Positions 35,800 through 47,907 of a stretch of 64,000 nucleotides of DNA are shown one piece after another. Positions within the stretch are counted from its first letter, which is position 1. Every line of letters starts with the position of its first letter. A program made the position numbers and the translations under genes. The stretch comes from Kofleriaceae bacterium. Its GTDB lineage: Bacteria; Myxococcota_A; Polyangia; Haliangiales; Haliangiaceae. The DNA is taken from NCBI GenBank assembly GCA_048500355.1, contig JASNYD010000004.1, positions 64,001 to 128,000 on the forward strand, given 5' to 3'. The notes under the pieces were generated by a model. It did no database searches, was not told the origin of the DNA, and saw only the letters and a list, made by a program, of their open reading frames with translations.

Positions 35800-36174
35800 C
35801 TACTCGGGCTCGAGGTCTTCCGGGTCGAGCTCGATGACCTCGATCTCGACCTCGCCGGCGGGCGTCGGCGCTGGCGGCGGCGGCGCGGCCTCGCCGGGCG
35901 CGGCCGCGGCGGCCTCGGTCGGCGCGACCGCGGGCGCCGGCGGCGCCGGCGGCGCTGCGGCCACGGTCTTGTCCTCGGATCGCTCGATCGAGAGCACGTG
36001 CGACGCCTGCTGGGGCTCGAGGCTCTCGCCGCCGTCCTTGTCGGCGGGGCCGTCCACGCGGCCGGCGCTCCGCGGCCACGCCGGGCCCGCCGGCCCGCCG
36101 CCGCCACAGGCCGCGGCGGTCGCCGCCAGGACCAGCGCCATCGCCAGGATCACCGCGGTCACCGAGGTGCGCAC
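35800..36174 (-). CDS. Small acidic Ala/Pro-rich lipoprotein (hypothetical)
   Basis: VRTSVTAVILAMALVLAATAAACGGGG signal/lipobox, then low-complexity APPAPPAPAVAP...EVEIEVIELDPEDLEPE. Weak evidence. Codon usage consistent. Confidence 0.35.
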   Translation of the reverse strand: MRTSVTAVILAMALVLAATAAACGGGGPAGPAWPRSAGRVDGPADKDGGESLEPQQASHVLSIERSEDKTVAAAPPAPPAPAVAPTEAAAAAPGEAAPPPPAPTPAGEVEIEVIELDPEDLEPE

Positions 36175-36279
36175 CCGCCAGTGGTAGCACCCCGACGCCG
36201 CCGGCTCAACGCCGCCGCGCGCCGGCCGCCGACGGAGGCGCCGCGCCGCCGCCCGGCCGGTCTGTGATAGATCGACGAG

Positions 36280-36951
36280 ATGCCTCTCACCGTCGGCCAG
36301 CCCGCGCCCAGCTTCACGCTGCCGTCCTCGGACGGCGGCACGTTCGCCCTCGAGGATCTGCACGGCACGATCGTCGTCGTGTACTTCTACCCGCGCGACA
36401 ACACCCCCGGCTGCACGATCGAGGCGCAGGACTTCCGCGACGCGGTCCCGGCCCTCGAGCGGCTGGGCGCGATCGTCGTGGGGATCAGCAAGGACTCGAT
36501 CGCATCGCACTGCAAGTTCCGCGACCGGTACGGCCTCAGCTTCCCGCTGCTCAGCGACGCCGACGGCGCCGTGCTCGAGGCGTACGGGGCGTGGGGCGAG
36601 AAGCTCATGTACGGCAAGCCGGTGACCGGCGTGATCCGCTCGACCGTGATCGTGGGCCGCGACGGCGCCGTGCTCCGCCACTGGCCGAAGGTGAGCGTCA
36701 AGGGCCACGCCGCCGAGGTGGTGGCCGCCATCGCCGAGCTCACCGGCCAGGCTGCGCCGCGGCTGGCGGGCGGCACCGGGGCGTCACCGGCGGCGAAGAA
36801 GCCCGCCGCGAAGAAGCCCGCCGCGAAGAAGCCCGCCGCGAAGAAGCCCGCCGCGAAGAAGCCCGCCGCGAAGAAGCCCGCCGCGAAGAAGCCCGCCGCG
36901 AAGAAGCCCGCCGCGAAGAAGCCCGCCGCGAAGAAGCCGGCCCGGCGCTGA
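36280..36951 (+). CDS. bcp: Peroxiredoxin Bcp (thiol peroxidase) with C-terminal histone-H1-like (AKKPA)x10 tail
   Basis: PRDNTPGCTIEAQDF (peroxidatic Cys in the PxxxTxxC context), Bcp-type. C-terminus AAKKPAAKKPAAKKPAAKKPAAKKPAAKKPAAKKPAAKKPAAKKPAAKKPARR is encoded by a 15-bp in-frame repeat. Confidence 0.85.
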   Translation: MPLTVGQPAPSFTLPSSDGGTFALEDLHGTIVVVYFYPRDNTPGCTIEAQDFRDAVPALERLGAIVVGISKDSIASHCKFRDRYGLSFPLLSDADGAVLEAYGAWGEKLMYGKPVTGVIRSTVIVGRDGAVLRHWPKVSVKGHAAEVVAAIAELTGQAAPRLAGGTGASPAAKKPAAKKPAAKKPAAKKPAAKKPAAKKPAAKKPAAKKPAAKKPAAKKPARR

Positions 36952-37073
36952 CACGGCCGAGCGGGCGAGGGGATCGCACGCTCCTGAACGGCGCCGCGAG
37001 CGCCCGACCTCACGCGCGCGGCGGCCACGGCGTGTCGGCCTTCGACACGCCCTCGCTGGCGCTCGGGCGGCTC

Positions 37074-37887
37074 AGGCCGACCGGAGAGATGGGGCTCGCC
37101 GTTGGTTCCCGCGCTCGCCGACCGCGGTCGGTGAAGGGCTCAGGCCGACCGGAGAGATGGAGCTCGCCGTTGGTTCCCGCGCTCGCCGACCGCGGTCGGT
37201 GAAGGGCTCAGGCCGACCGGAGAGAGGGGCTCGCCGTTGGTTCCCGCGCTCGCCGACCGCGGTCGGTGAAGGGCTCAGGCCGACCGGAGAGATGGGGCTC
37301 GCCGTTGGTTCCCGCGCTCGCCGACCGCGGTCGGTGAAGAGCTCAGGCCGACCGGAGAGATGGGGCTCGCCGTTGGTTCCCGCGCTCGCCGACCGCGGTC
37401 GGTGAAGAGCTCAGGCCGACCGGAGAGATGGGGCTCGCCGTTCGGTTCCCGCGCTCGCCGTCCGCGGTCGGTGAAGGGCTCAGGCCGACCGGAGAGAGGG
37501 GCTCGCCGTTGGTTCCCGCGCTCGCCGACCGCGGTCGGTGAAGGGCTCAGGCCGACCGGAGAGAGGGGGCTCGCCGTTCGGTTCCCGCACTCGCCGACCG
37601 CGGTCGGTGAAGGGCTCAGGCCGACCGGAGAGATGGGGCTCGCCGTTGGTTCCCGCGCTCGCCGACCGCGGTCGGTGAAGAGCTCAGGCCGACCGGAGAG
37701 ATGGGGCTCGCCGTTCGGTTCCCGCGCTCGCCGTCCGCGGTCGGTGAAGGGCTCAGGCCGACCGGAGAGAGGGGGCTCGCCGTTCGGTTCCCGCACTCGC
37801 CGACCGCGGTCGGTGAAGAGCTCAGGCCGACCGGAGAGAGGGGCTCGCCGTTCGGTTCCCGCGCTCGCCGACCGCGGTCGGTGAAGA
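37074..37887. repeat. Tandem repeat array 1: ~12 copies of a 68-bp unit (GGCCGACCGGAGAGATGGGGCTCGCCGTTGGTTCCCGCGCTCGCCGACCGCGGTCGGTGAAGGGCTCA)
   Basis: Period 68 bp (occasionally 67/69) measured between successive CCGGAGAG occurrences. Each unit carries the 14-bp palindrome CCGACCGCGGTCGG. Copies differ by point variants (atggggctc / atggagctc / agaggggctc; gaagggctc / gaagagctc; gaccgcgg / gtccgcgg). ORFs on both strands here are repeat artefacts. Confidence 0.85.
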
Positions 37888-38072
37888 AGCCCGCCGCGAA
37901 GAAGCCCGCCGCGAAGAAGCCCGCCGCGAAGAAGCCGGCCCGGCGCTGACACGGCCGAGCGGGCGAGGGGATCGCACGCTCCTGAACGGCGCCGCGAGCG
38001 CCCGACCTCACGCGCGCGGCGGCCACGGCGTGTCGGCCTTCGACACGCCCTCGCTGGCGCTCGGGCGGCTCA
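37886..38072. repeat. Segmental duplicate of bcp 3' end: (AKKPA)x3 + stop + 120-bp downstream spacer
   Basis: gaagaagcccgccgcg x3 ...ccggcccggcgctgacacggccgagcgggcgaggggatcgcacgctcctgaacggc...ctcgggcggctc is near-identical to 36905-37073. Confidence 0.8.
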
Positions 38073-38640
38073 GGCCGACCGGAGAGATGGGGCTCGCCGT
38101 TGGTTCCCGCGCTCGCCGACCGCGGTCGGTGAAGGGCTCAGGCCGACCGGAGAGATGGAGCTCGCCGTTGGTTCCCGCGCTCGCCGACCGCGGTCGGTGA
38201 AGGGCTCAGGCCGACCGGAGAGAGGGGGCTCGCCGTTGGTTCCCGCGCTCGCCGACCGCGGTCGGTGAAGGGCTCAGGCCGACCGGAGAGATGGGGCTCG
38301 CCGTTGGTTCCCGCGCTCGCCGACCGCGGTCGGTGAAGAGCTCAGGCCGACCGGAGAGATGGGGCTCGCCGTTCGGTTCCCGCGCTCGCCGTCCGCGGTC
38401 GGTGAAGGGCTCAGGCCGACCGGAGAGAGGGGGCTCGCCGTTCGGTTCCCGCACTCGCCGACCGCGGTCGGTGAAGAGCTCAGGCCGACCGGAGAGAGGG
38501 GGCTCGCCGTTCGGTTCCCGCACTCGCCGTCCGCGGTCGGTGAAGTGCTCAGGCCGACCGGAGGGGCGTGGCCGACCGGAGGGGCGTGGCCGACCGGAGG
38601 GGCGCGGCCGACCGGAGCGATTGGCTCGCCGCGCGGTTGC
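38073..38640. repeat. Tandem repeat array 2: ~7 copies of the same 68-bp unit, ending in a degenerate tail with 3 copies of GGCCGACCGGAGGGGCGT
   Basis: First three units reproduce the order of variants in array 1 (atggggctc, atggagctc, agagggggctc). This is consistent with a tandem segmental duplication of a [bcp tail + spacer + array] block. Confidence 0.8.
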
Positions 38641-38645
38641 CGCGG

Positions 38646-39326
38646 TCAGTCGCTGGCGATCCGGAAGCCGACGCCGCGCACGGTCTGGATGACGTCGGGG
38701 CGGGGCAGCTTGCGGCGGAGGCGGAGGATGACGTTGTCGACCGCGCGCTCGCTGATGTCGAAGTTGCCGCTGCCCCAGGCCGCGTCGAGCAGCTCGCCGC
38801 GCGACATGGCCCGCCCTTGCGCGCGCATCAGCGTGCGCACCACCGATAGCTCGGTGGCGGTGAGCGCCACGCTCCGGCCGTCGATCCACAGCTCGTGGCC
38901 GTCGGTGTCGAGGGTCATGGCGCCGAACCGAACCCGCCCGGCGCGGCCGCGACCGGCCCAGTGGACGCGGCGGTGGACGGCGCGGATGCGCGCCGCCAGC
39001 TCGCGCGCCGAGGGCGGACCGACGACCGCGTCGTCGAAGCCGGCGGCGAGGGCGCGCTCGGCGAGGCCGCGATCGGTGGCGCCGGTGAGCGCGACCAGCC
39101 CGGGCCGTGGCTGGCGCCGCTCGGCCCAGGCCGCGGCCCGCTCGAACAGCCCGGCCGACTCGCGCTCGCCCAGGCACAGGAGCACGACCGGCCGGTCGAG
39201 AGCGTCGCCGTCGAACAGCGCCGGCGAGGCGACCGAGACCTCGAGCACCTCGCGCCGGAGCTCCTGGACGAGCCCCACCACCGACGCGGCGCCGTCGACC
39301 GCGACGATGACCGCGCCCACCGCCAT
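38646..39326 (-). CDS. Atypical OmpR-family winged-helix regulator with pseudo-receiver domain (Cys at phospho-acceptor position)
   Basis: C-terminal LTATELSVVRTLMRAQGRAMSRGELLDAAWGSGNFDISERAVDNVILRLRRKL...VQTVRGVGFRI is a classic OmpR/PhoB wHTH. Receiver-like N-domain has VAVDGAAS (one acidic residue instead of DD). It has VVLLCLGE where the phospho-Asp LxxLDLxLP is expected, and GPPSAREL where the conserved Lys is expected. Confidence 0.7.
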   Translation of the reverse strand: MAVGAVIVAVDGAASVVGLVQELRREVLEVSVASPALFDGDALDRPVVLLCLGERESAGLFERAAAWAERRQPRPGLVALTGATDRGLAERALAAGFDDAVVGPPSARELAARIRAVHRRVHWAGRGRAGRVRFGAMTLDTDGHELWIDGRSVALTATELSVVRTLMRAQGRAMSRGELLDAAWGSGNFDISERAVDNVILRLRRKLPRPDVIQTVRGVGFRIASD

Positions 39327-39470
39327 GGCGACGGGGGTCGGATCTGGCCCGGAAGTCTGCAACACACTTCACCGTATCGGCGGTGCGTGACCGATTGGCC
39401 GCAGCGACGCGAAGGTCCGGTGACGCGACGATGGCGGCCGGCGGCCGCGGCTGGACCGCGGCGCGCGCGG

Positions 39471-42935
<3,465 letters not shown>

Positions 42936-42940
42936 GGTGA

Positions 42941-42956
42941 CTGATCATATGTTCAG
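42941..42956. promoter_or_regulatory. Candidate LexA/SOS box CTGATCATATGTTCAG immediately upstream of dnaE2
   Basis: 6 bp upstream of the dnaE2 GTG start, flanked by the inverted repeat GTGACTG...CAGTCAC. Nearly identical to the box before imuA (47792-47807, CTGTTCATACGTTCAG). Contains the GTTCAG core reported for myxobacterial LexA boxes. Confidence 0.45.
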
Positions 42957-43034
42957 TCACGGATCGATCTCAAGCGCCGCCTCCCCCGTCGTCCCCGCCC
43001 TGGCCCTCGCGCCGCGCGCCGCGACCCCGCTCGC

Positions 43035-44339
43035 TCACCCGCAGAAGCGTCGCAGCCGGGCCTCCGACTCGGCCCGCAGCGCCAGGTGCTCCTCGTCGTA
43101 CCGGCGCCGCTCGGCCAGCCGGTGCAGGTTGGCGATGATGGTGTCGGTGCCGATGAGCGTGAGCACGAGGACGTTGGCGACGAAGGCCATGATCGACGTC
43201 GCGATCGACACCGCGCTGAAGTCGAGCCGGGTGACGAAGTCGAAGACGCCGAGCAGCATCACCCCGCCCGAGACCGCGAGCAGCCCGATGTAGGCCATCC
43301 AGTGCCGCGAGATGCGGCGCCGGGCGTCGTCGCGCGACAGCGGCATGACGAGCGTCCGCCCCGACAGCGCGATGAAGATCTGCGCGCCCATCACGCCCAC
43401 CATGCCGCCGACGAAGTAGAGGCTGGCGGTGATCTGGTACGGCAGGAGGATGATGATGTAGGCGAACAGGGCGTAGAGCGGCGCCGCCAGGATCATGAGA
43501 TAGCCGGGACCGGCGGTGCCCGGGAACAGGAGCTTGCTGACGATCGACGCCCGGATGAGCCCGGGCATGAGCGAGATGGCCTTGGGCGCGAGCACCAGCA
43601 TGGCCTTGACTCCGAAGGCCAGGCCCACCGCCATGTTGATGTGCTCGCGCTTGGCCGAAAAGTGGAGCTGGCCGAGCTTGGCCGCGTCGCGCGCCGCCTT
43701 GTACGACTCGAAGGTCTCCTGGAACGGGTACAGGTAGACGATGAACGGCCCGATGAAGTAGATGACCCAGGCCAGGAGCAGGATGCGGCGCTGCGACGCC
43801 CACTGGGTCCAGCGGCCGAGCATCCAGAACGCGGTCAGGCAGAACAGGGCCTCGGCGATGGCTGGGATGAGCAGCGCGGCGCGCGCGCCGTCGGGGACCG
43901 GCGGCCCCTCGAAGGCCTCGACGAAGCGCAGGAAGGTGAGCGGCACGAACGCGAGCGCGACGATGAGCAGGACCGAGCGCCGCCAGGCCAGGAAGGCCTG
44001 GTGCTCGGGATCGGTGATGTGGGCGGCGCTGGCGGCCAGCGCCCGTCGCTCGACCACCAGCACCTCGCTCGGCTTGATGGCGAGGCGGAAGGCGCGCTTG
44101 AGCGAGACCAGGAGGAAGCTGCCGGTCAGCGACTGGACGAGCTGCGACTCCGGCGCCGGCCGCTCGTAGGTGGCGACCGCCTCGGAGTGCGCCCACGCCA
44201 CCGGCTGGGGCGCGGCCGGCGGGCGCGGCCCCGGCGGCGCGGCGCCCGGCGGTACGGCGCCGGGCGGCGGCTCGGGTGGCGAACCGGGCGGCGCGGGCGG
44301 ACGATCGTCGTCGGTCACGGCGGGTCGGTGATACTCCAA
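43035..44339 (-). CDS. Hypothetical polytopic membrane protein inserted between imuB and dnaE2
   Basis: ~10 predicted TM helices. Pro-rich N-terminus. Somewhat more AT-rich codon choices than neighbours. No recognised motif. Confidence 0.5.
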   Translation of the reverse strand: MEYHRPAVTDDDRPPAPPGSPPEPPPGAVPPGAAPPGPRPPAAPQPVAWAHSEAVATYERPAPESQLVQSLTGSFLLVSLKRAFRLAIKPSEVLVVERRALAASAAHITDPEHQAFLAWRRSVLLIVALAFVPLTFLRFVEAFEGPPVPDGARAALLIPAIAEALFCLTAFWMLGRWTQWASQRRILLLAWVIYFIGPFIVYLYPFQETFESYKAARDAAKLGQLHFSAKREHINMAVGLAFGVKAMLVLAPKAISLMPGLIRASIVSKLLFPGTAGPGYLMILAAPLYALFAYIIILLPYQITASLYFVGGMVGVMGAQIFIALSGRTLVMPLSRDDARRRISRHWMAYIGLLAVSGGVMLLGVFDFVTRLDFSAVSIATSIMAFVANVLVLTLIGTDTIIANLHRLAERRRYDEEHLALRAESEARLRRFCG

Positions 44340-44429
44340 CCCGGCGGTCGGCGCACCGGTCGGGGAGCGCCGTCATCAACGGCGGCCGCCGCCTCGACAT
44401 TCCGGGGCGCGCCAGGGAATGATCGCGAC

Positions 44430-45254
44430 ATGCGCCCGCGTTCGATCCGCGTGACCTCGTCCGCCCCTCGCCGCCCCGCGGCCGCGTCCGCCGCCGCGCC
44501 CCTCGCCCTCGCCGCGCTGGCTGCCTGCGCCACGACCCCGCCGGCCGCCACGCCGCCGGGCGCGAGCGCGAACCGCGCGCCCGCCGCCGCCGCCCGCGCG
44601 CCGCTCGGCGCCGGCCGCGCCGCCGAGATCGCGCGCGCCCACACCCGCGAGGCCTACGACGCCTGGCGCGCCCGCCGCGCCGCCGAGGTCGCGCCGGCCA
44701 CCGTCAGCCACCGCGTCGACGAGATCTTCACGTGCCTCAACTGCGAGAACCTGATCGTGACCGAGCGGATCGAGGACGGAGCCACCTGCCGCCAGGGCCC
44801 GTGGGTGCTCGACAGCTGGCGCGACGACGGCCAGCCGCTCCACTTCGACGCCCGACTGATCGCCCACGACTGCTGCGATGGCGCCTGCCCCGATCGCACC
44901 CCGACGGCGTGGATGCTGGTGCTCGATCGCGCCCTGGCCACGCTCGATCACGGCGCCATGCGGGCGCTGGTGTCGCCGACGACCCCGCTCCAGCTCGCCG
45001 CCGGCTTCCGTGGCGAGGGCGACGAGGGCGGTCTGCGCGAGGCCCGGGTCGTCCGCGACGGCCCCATGGACGAGGTCTTCACCACGATCCAGCGCGTGCA
45101 GCTCTTCCACGACGACCTGCAGTGCCCGGCGGAGTTCGACGCCGCCGGGCTGGCGGTGTGCGCGGTGTTCGGCGGCGGCTTCGGCGCCTCGTACCACTGG
45201 CAGCGCACCGGCGCCGAGGTCCACCTGATCGAGGTCTCCCAGTCCTCGCACTGA
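44430..45254 (+). CDS. Cys-containing lipoprotein (hypothetical)
   Basis: MRPRSIRV...APLALAALAACATTPP lipobox. Cys motifs IFTCLNCENL, HDCCDGACPD, LQCPAEF. Confidence 0.5.
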   Translation: MRPRSIRVTSSAPRRPAAASAAAPLALAALAACATTPPAATPPGASANRAPAAAARAPLGAGRAAEIARAHTREAYDAWRARRAAEVAPATVSHRVDEIFTCLNCENLIVTERIEDGATCRQGPWVLDSWRDDGQPLHFDARLIAHDCCDGACPDRTPTAWMLVLDRALATLDHGAMRALVSPTTPLQLAAGFRGEGDEGGLREARVVRDGPMDEVFTTIQRVQLFHDDLQCPAEFDAAGLAVCAVFGGGFGASYHWQRTGAEVHLIEVSQSSH

Positions 45255-45335
45255 CCCCCGCCCGGCAGCGGGCCCTCGGCTCGAAGCGTGGGCAGGAGTC
45301 CCTGCGCCTGGCGCGGAGCAGGTGAAGGCATCCCA

Positions 45336-45410
45336 TGCGCTGGTCGATCGGTCGGTCCCGGCGAGGACGTCGGCGTCGACCGGAGTCGGAAGAGATCGTC
45401 TCGGCTGCGC
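45336..45410. repeat. REP-like palindromic intergenic element (inverted copy 2) between convergent lipoprotein and imuB
   Basis: Reverse complement GCCGAGACGATCTCTTCCGACTCCGGTCGACGCCGACGTCCTCGCCGGGACCGACCGATCGACCAGCGCATGG aligns with 3781-3846. Confidence 0.5.
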
Positions 45411-45416
45411 GCCGGC

Positions 45417-46967
45417 TCACTCCACCGCGCCGTGCTGGAACCAGCGGCGGCGGGCGCGATCGTAGAACAGCCACAGGCAGTCGCCGCGCCGGGTCTCGGC
45501 GAAGTGGTACTCGCGGTGGATCTCGCCGCTCCACCAGCCGCCCGACAGCACGTAGGGGCCGACGATGCGGGTGACCGCGCCGTGGGCGAGGCCGCTCAGC
45601 ACCCAGCCGTCGTCGCGCACGCTGGGCGGCTGCGGCGGCAAGCGCAGCGGCCGGGCCCACACCCGCCGCACCAGCCGGCGCGGACGATCGACGCGCGGCC
45701 GCGCCGCCACCACCGCGTCGAGGCGCTCCCAGCCGAAGCGGGCCTCGGGCAGGTGGCCGGGGCGGAGCACCGCGCGCACCACGGCGTCGTCGCCGAGCTC
45801 GGCGCGCAGGCGGGCCAGGGCGGCGTCGGCGGCGCGCAGATCGCGGCGCGGCCGCTCGGCGAACAGCGCGAGCTGCTCGCGGGTGGCGGCCACGTCGTCG
45901 GCCCACACCCGCACCTCGATCACGCCCGCCGCCGGCGGCAGCGCGCCGAGGATCTGGTGCTCGAGGCGCAGCCGCACCAGCCCGAGCAGGGCGCGGCCGT
46001 CGAGGGTGGGCGCCGCCGGCTTGATGCAGTCGACGCGGCGCTCGTGGCCGGCGCCGGGCCGGCCGTACACGCGCAGCGTCAGCCCGAGGTAGAGCGCGGC
46101 CAGCGCTCGCCGCCGCTCGGCCAGCCGGGCCAGCAGGCGATCGAGCGCGGTCTTGGTCGTGAACACCAGGCGCTCGGCGTCGAGCTCGGGGTCGTCGAGC
46201 GCGACCCGCTCGTCGGGCGCCTCCGGTGACGGCTCGGGCGCGAGCGGATCCCAGCCCTCGCCGGCGGCCAGCCGGTACAGGCGGTGGGCGGCCGGGCCGA
46301 AGCGCTCGAGCACGCCGCCGCCGGGCAGCCGCACCAGCTCGCCCAGGGTGTGCACGCCCAGCCGCGCCAGCGCGTCGCGCAGCGCCGGCTCGACGTCGAG
46401 GCGATCGAGCGGCACCGTCCGCGCCGCGGTGCGCTCGTCGAGATCGCGGGCGAACACCTGCAGGCGCGTGGCCGCGCGCTCGACGGCGAGGCCGTGGCCG
46501 AGGGCGCGCGCCACCGCGCAGGTGGCGAACCGCGAGAAGCCGACCACCACCGCCCCACCCAGGCCGAGCGCGGCCAGCGCCGCCACCATGGCCTGGCCCC
46601 ACCCCGTCGCCGACGGGTAGAGGCCGGCGAGGCCGGCACCGCCCAGCCAGAAGGTGCCGGCGGCGAGCTCGTCGCGGGTGAGCTCCGGCGACAGCGCGTG
46701 CAGCCGGCCGGCGAGCTCGTCGCGAGCCGCCGCCAGCTCCTCGGGCGGCACCACCGCCGCCCGCAGGCCGGGGGCGAGCGCCAGCGCGCTGCCGTACCGC
46801 TGACCGGGCAGCACCCCGAGCGCCCGCGCCGCCTCGCTGACCACCCGCACGATGCCCTGCGGCCGGTCCTCGTCGATGACCGCGGTGGGCTGCGCCCGCC
46901 ACGCCGGCTCGCGCCGCCACACGAGCTGCAGCGGCAGGGCCGGGAGATCGACGCAGGCGACCCGCAT
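45417..46967 (-). CDS. imuB: ImuB (Y-family polymerase-like mutasome protein)
   Basis: MRVACVDLPALPLQL N-terminus typical of ImuB. UmuC-like fold without full catalytic triad context. Directly downstream of imuA. 516 aa. Confidence 0.8.
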   Translation of the reverse strand: MRVACVDLPALPLQLVWRREPAWRAQPTAVIDEDRPQGIVRVVSEAARALGVLPGQRYGSALALAPGLRAAVVPPEELAAARDELAGRLHALSPELTRDELAAGTFWLGGAGLAGLYPSATGWGQAMVAALAALGLGGAVVVGFSRFATCAVARALGHGLAVERAATRLQVFARDLDERTAARTVPLDRLDVEPALRDALARLGVHTLGELVRLPGGGVLERFGPAAHRLYRLAAGEGWDPLAPEPSPEAPDERVALDDPELDAERLVFTTKTALDRLLARLAERRRALAALYLGLTLRVYGRPGAGHERRVDCIKPAAPTLDGRALLGLVRLRLEHQILGALPPAAGVIEVRVWADDVAATREQLALFAERPRRDLRAADAALARLRAELGDDAVVRAVLRPGHLPEARFGWERLDAVVAARPRVDRPRRLVRRVWARPLRLPPQPPSVRDDGWVLSGLAHGAVTRIVGPYVLSGGWWSGEIHREYHFAETRRGDCLWLFYDRARRRWFQHGAVE

Positions 46968-46973
46968 CGCGCC

Positions 46974-47768
46974 TCAGATCAGCCCGGCCGGGCCGATGAC
47001 CTCGGCCGCCTCGCTCCACCCCGGGCCGCGCCGCTTGTCCTTGAGCGCGCGCATCGCCAGCCGCCAGCCGCCGCCGGCCGGCCGCTCGCGCACCGCCTCG
47101 AGGCGCAGCGACACCATCGAGCCCAGCGACGCGGCGTCGGCCGGCTTCTCGGTGAGGACGACGATCGCCGCGTCGTGGCGCTGGGCGAGGCCGACCAGCC
47201 GCCCCTGCACCGCGGCCGGGATCTCGACCGGGCCCGGCGCGATCGCGCCGGCGCCGGCCCCGCGAACGCCGGCGCCGCGAACGGCGCCGCGAACGGCGAC
47301 GCCGCCGGCAGGGACGCCGGGGCCCGTCGCGCGCGCCACCAGGTCGAGCACGATCAGGCCGAACGCCGCCGAGCGCAGCAGGCGATCGGCCGCGCGTACC
47401 AGGGCGGTGACGTCGGGGGCGCGCACCACCACCAGCGCGTCGAGATCGACCCCGGCGTCGTCGAGATCCGGCGGGAAGAACGACGCCGACGGCAGCCCGA
47501 TCCACGCCGACGGCTCGCCGCGCGCCTGCGCCTCCAGCACCAGCACCGTGGTCGCCGACAGGGACGCCGTCGCGCCCAGCCCCGACAGCTCGGTGAGGCG
47601 ACCGACCGCCTCGTCGAGCTGCCAGCGCGCCGCCGGCGCCGCGCGCTCGGCGGCGACCTCGCCCAGCGAGATGATCCGCGCGCCGTCGACCTGACGGCTG
47701 TGGCGCGCGCGCTCGAGGAAGGCCTCGAGCGAGGCCGCCGCCGACCCCGACGGCGAACGCTCAGGCAT
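46974..47768 (-). CDS. imuA: ImuA (RecA/SulA-fold cell-division-inhibitor-like mutasome protein)
   Basis: 264 aa, 7 bp upstream of imuB in the canonical cassette position. ATGLGATASLSATTVLVLEA and GVDLDALVVVRAP regions resemble RecA-fold ImuA. LexA-like box 24 bp upstream. Confidence 0.7.
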   Translation of the reverse strand: MPERSPSGSAAASLEAFLERARHSRQVDGARIISLGEVAAERAAPAARWQLDEAVGRLTELSGLGATASLSATTVLVLEAQARGEPSAWIGLPSASFFPPDLDDAGVDLDALVVVRAPDVTALVRAADRLLRSAAFGLIVLDLVARATGPGVPAGGVAVRGAVRGAGVRGAGAGAIAPGPVEIPAAVQGRLVGLAQRHDAAIVVLTEKPADAASLGSMVSLRLEAVRERPAGGGWRLAMRALKDKRRGPGWSEAAEVIGPAGLI

Positions 47769-47791
47769 GATCGATCCCGGGCCGGCTCATA

Positions 47792-47807
47792 CTGTTCATA
47801 CGTTCAG
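47792..47807. promoter_or_regulatory. Candidate LexA/SOS box CTGTTCATACGTTCAG in the imuA / Pro-rich-gene divergent region
   Basis: 24 bp upstream of imuA start. Differs from the dnaE2 box at 2 positions. Confidence 0.45.
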
Positions 47808-47907
47808 ATGTAGCGAGCCCCTCTGTCAAACGATCTCGGTCCGGAGTGGGAGGTCCAGGGAGGGCGCTGGAGAGATCCCGGGCACCCGGTGATGTCATCA
47901 TCGCGAC

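Noticed and set aside
37074-38640. ORFs with repetitive peptides inside the 68-bp array (37157.., 37275.., 37360.., 37616.., 38291.., 38359.., 5' part of 38206..39870); also a CRISPR interpretation
   Set aside because: Unit length 68/67/69 bp rotates frames and is interrupted by 1-bp indels, and ORFs occur on both strands, so they are repeat artefacts. No unique spacers between repeats, so not CRISPR.
42970-44400. 476-aa minus ORF overlapping the 434-aa membrane protein ORF
   Set aside because: Alternate frame. The 43035..44339 frame yields a coherent polytopic membrane protein with normal hydrophobic helices, so the other is a shadow.
45079-47505. 808-aa minus ORF and 45288..46229 / 46284..47813 plus ORFs
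   Set aside because: Alternative frames or antisense of imuB/imuA. Arg/Gly/Pro-rich, no motifs.
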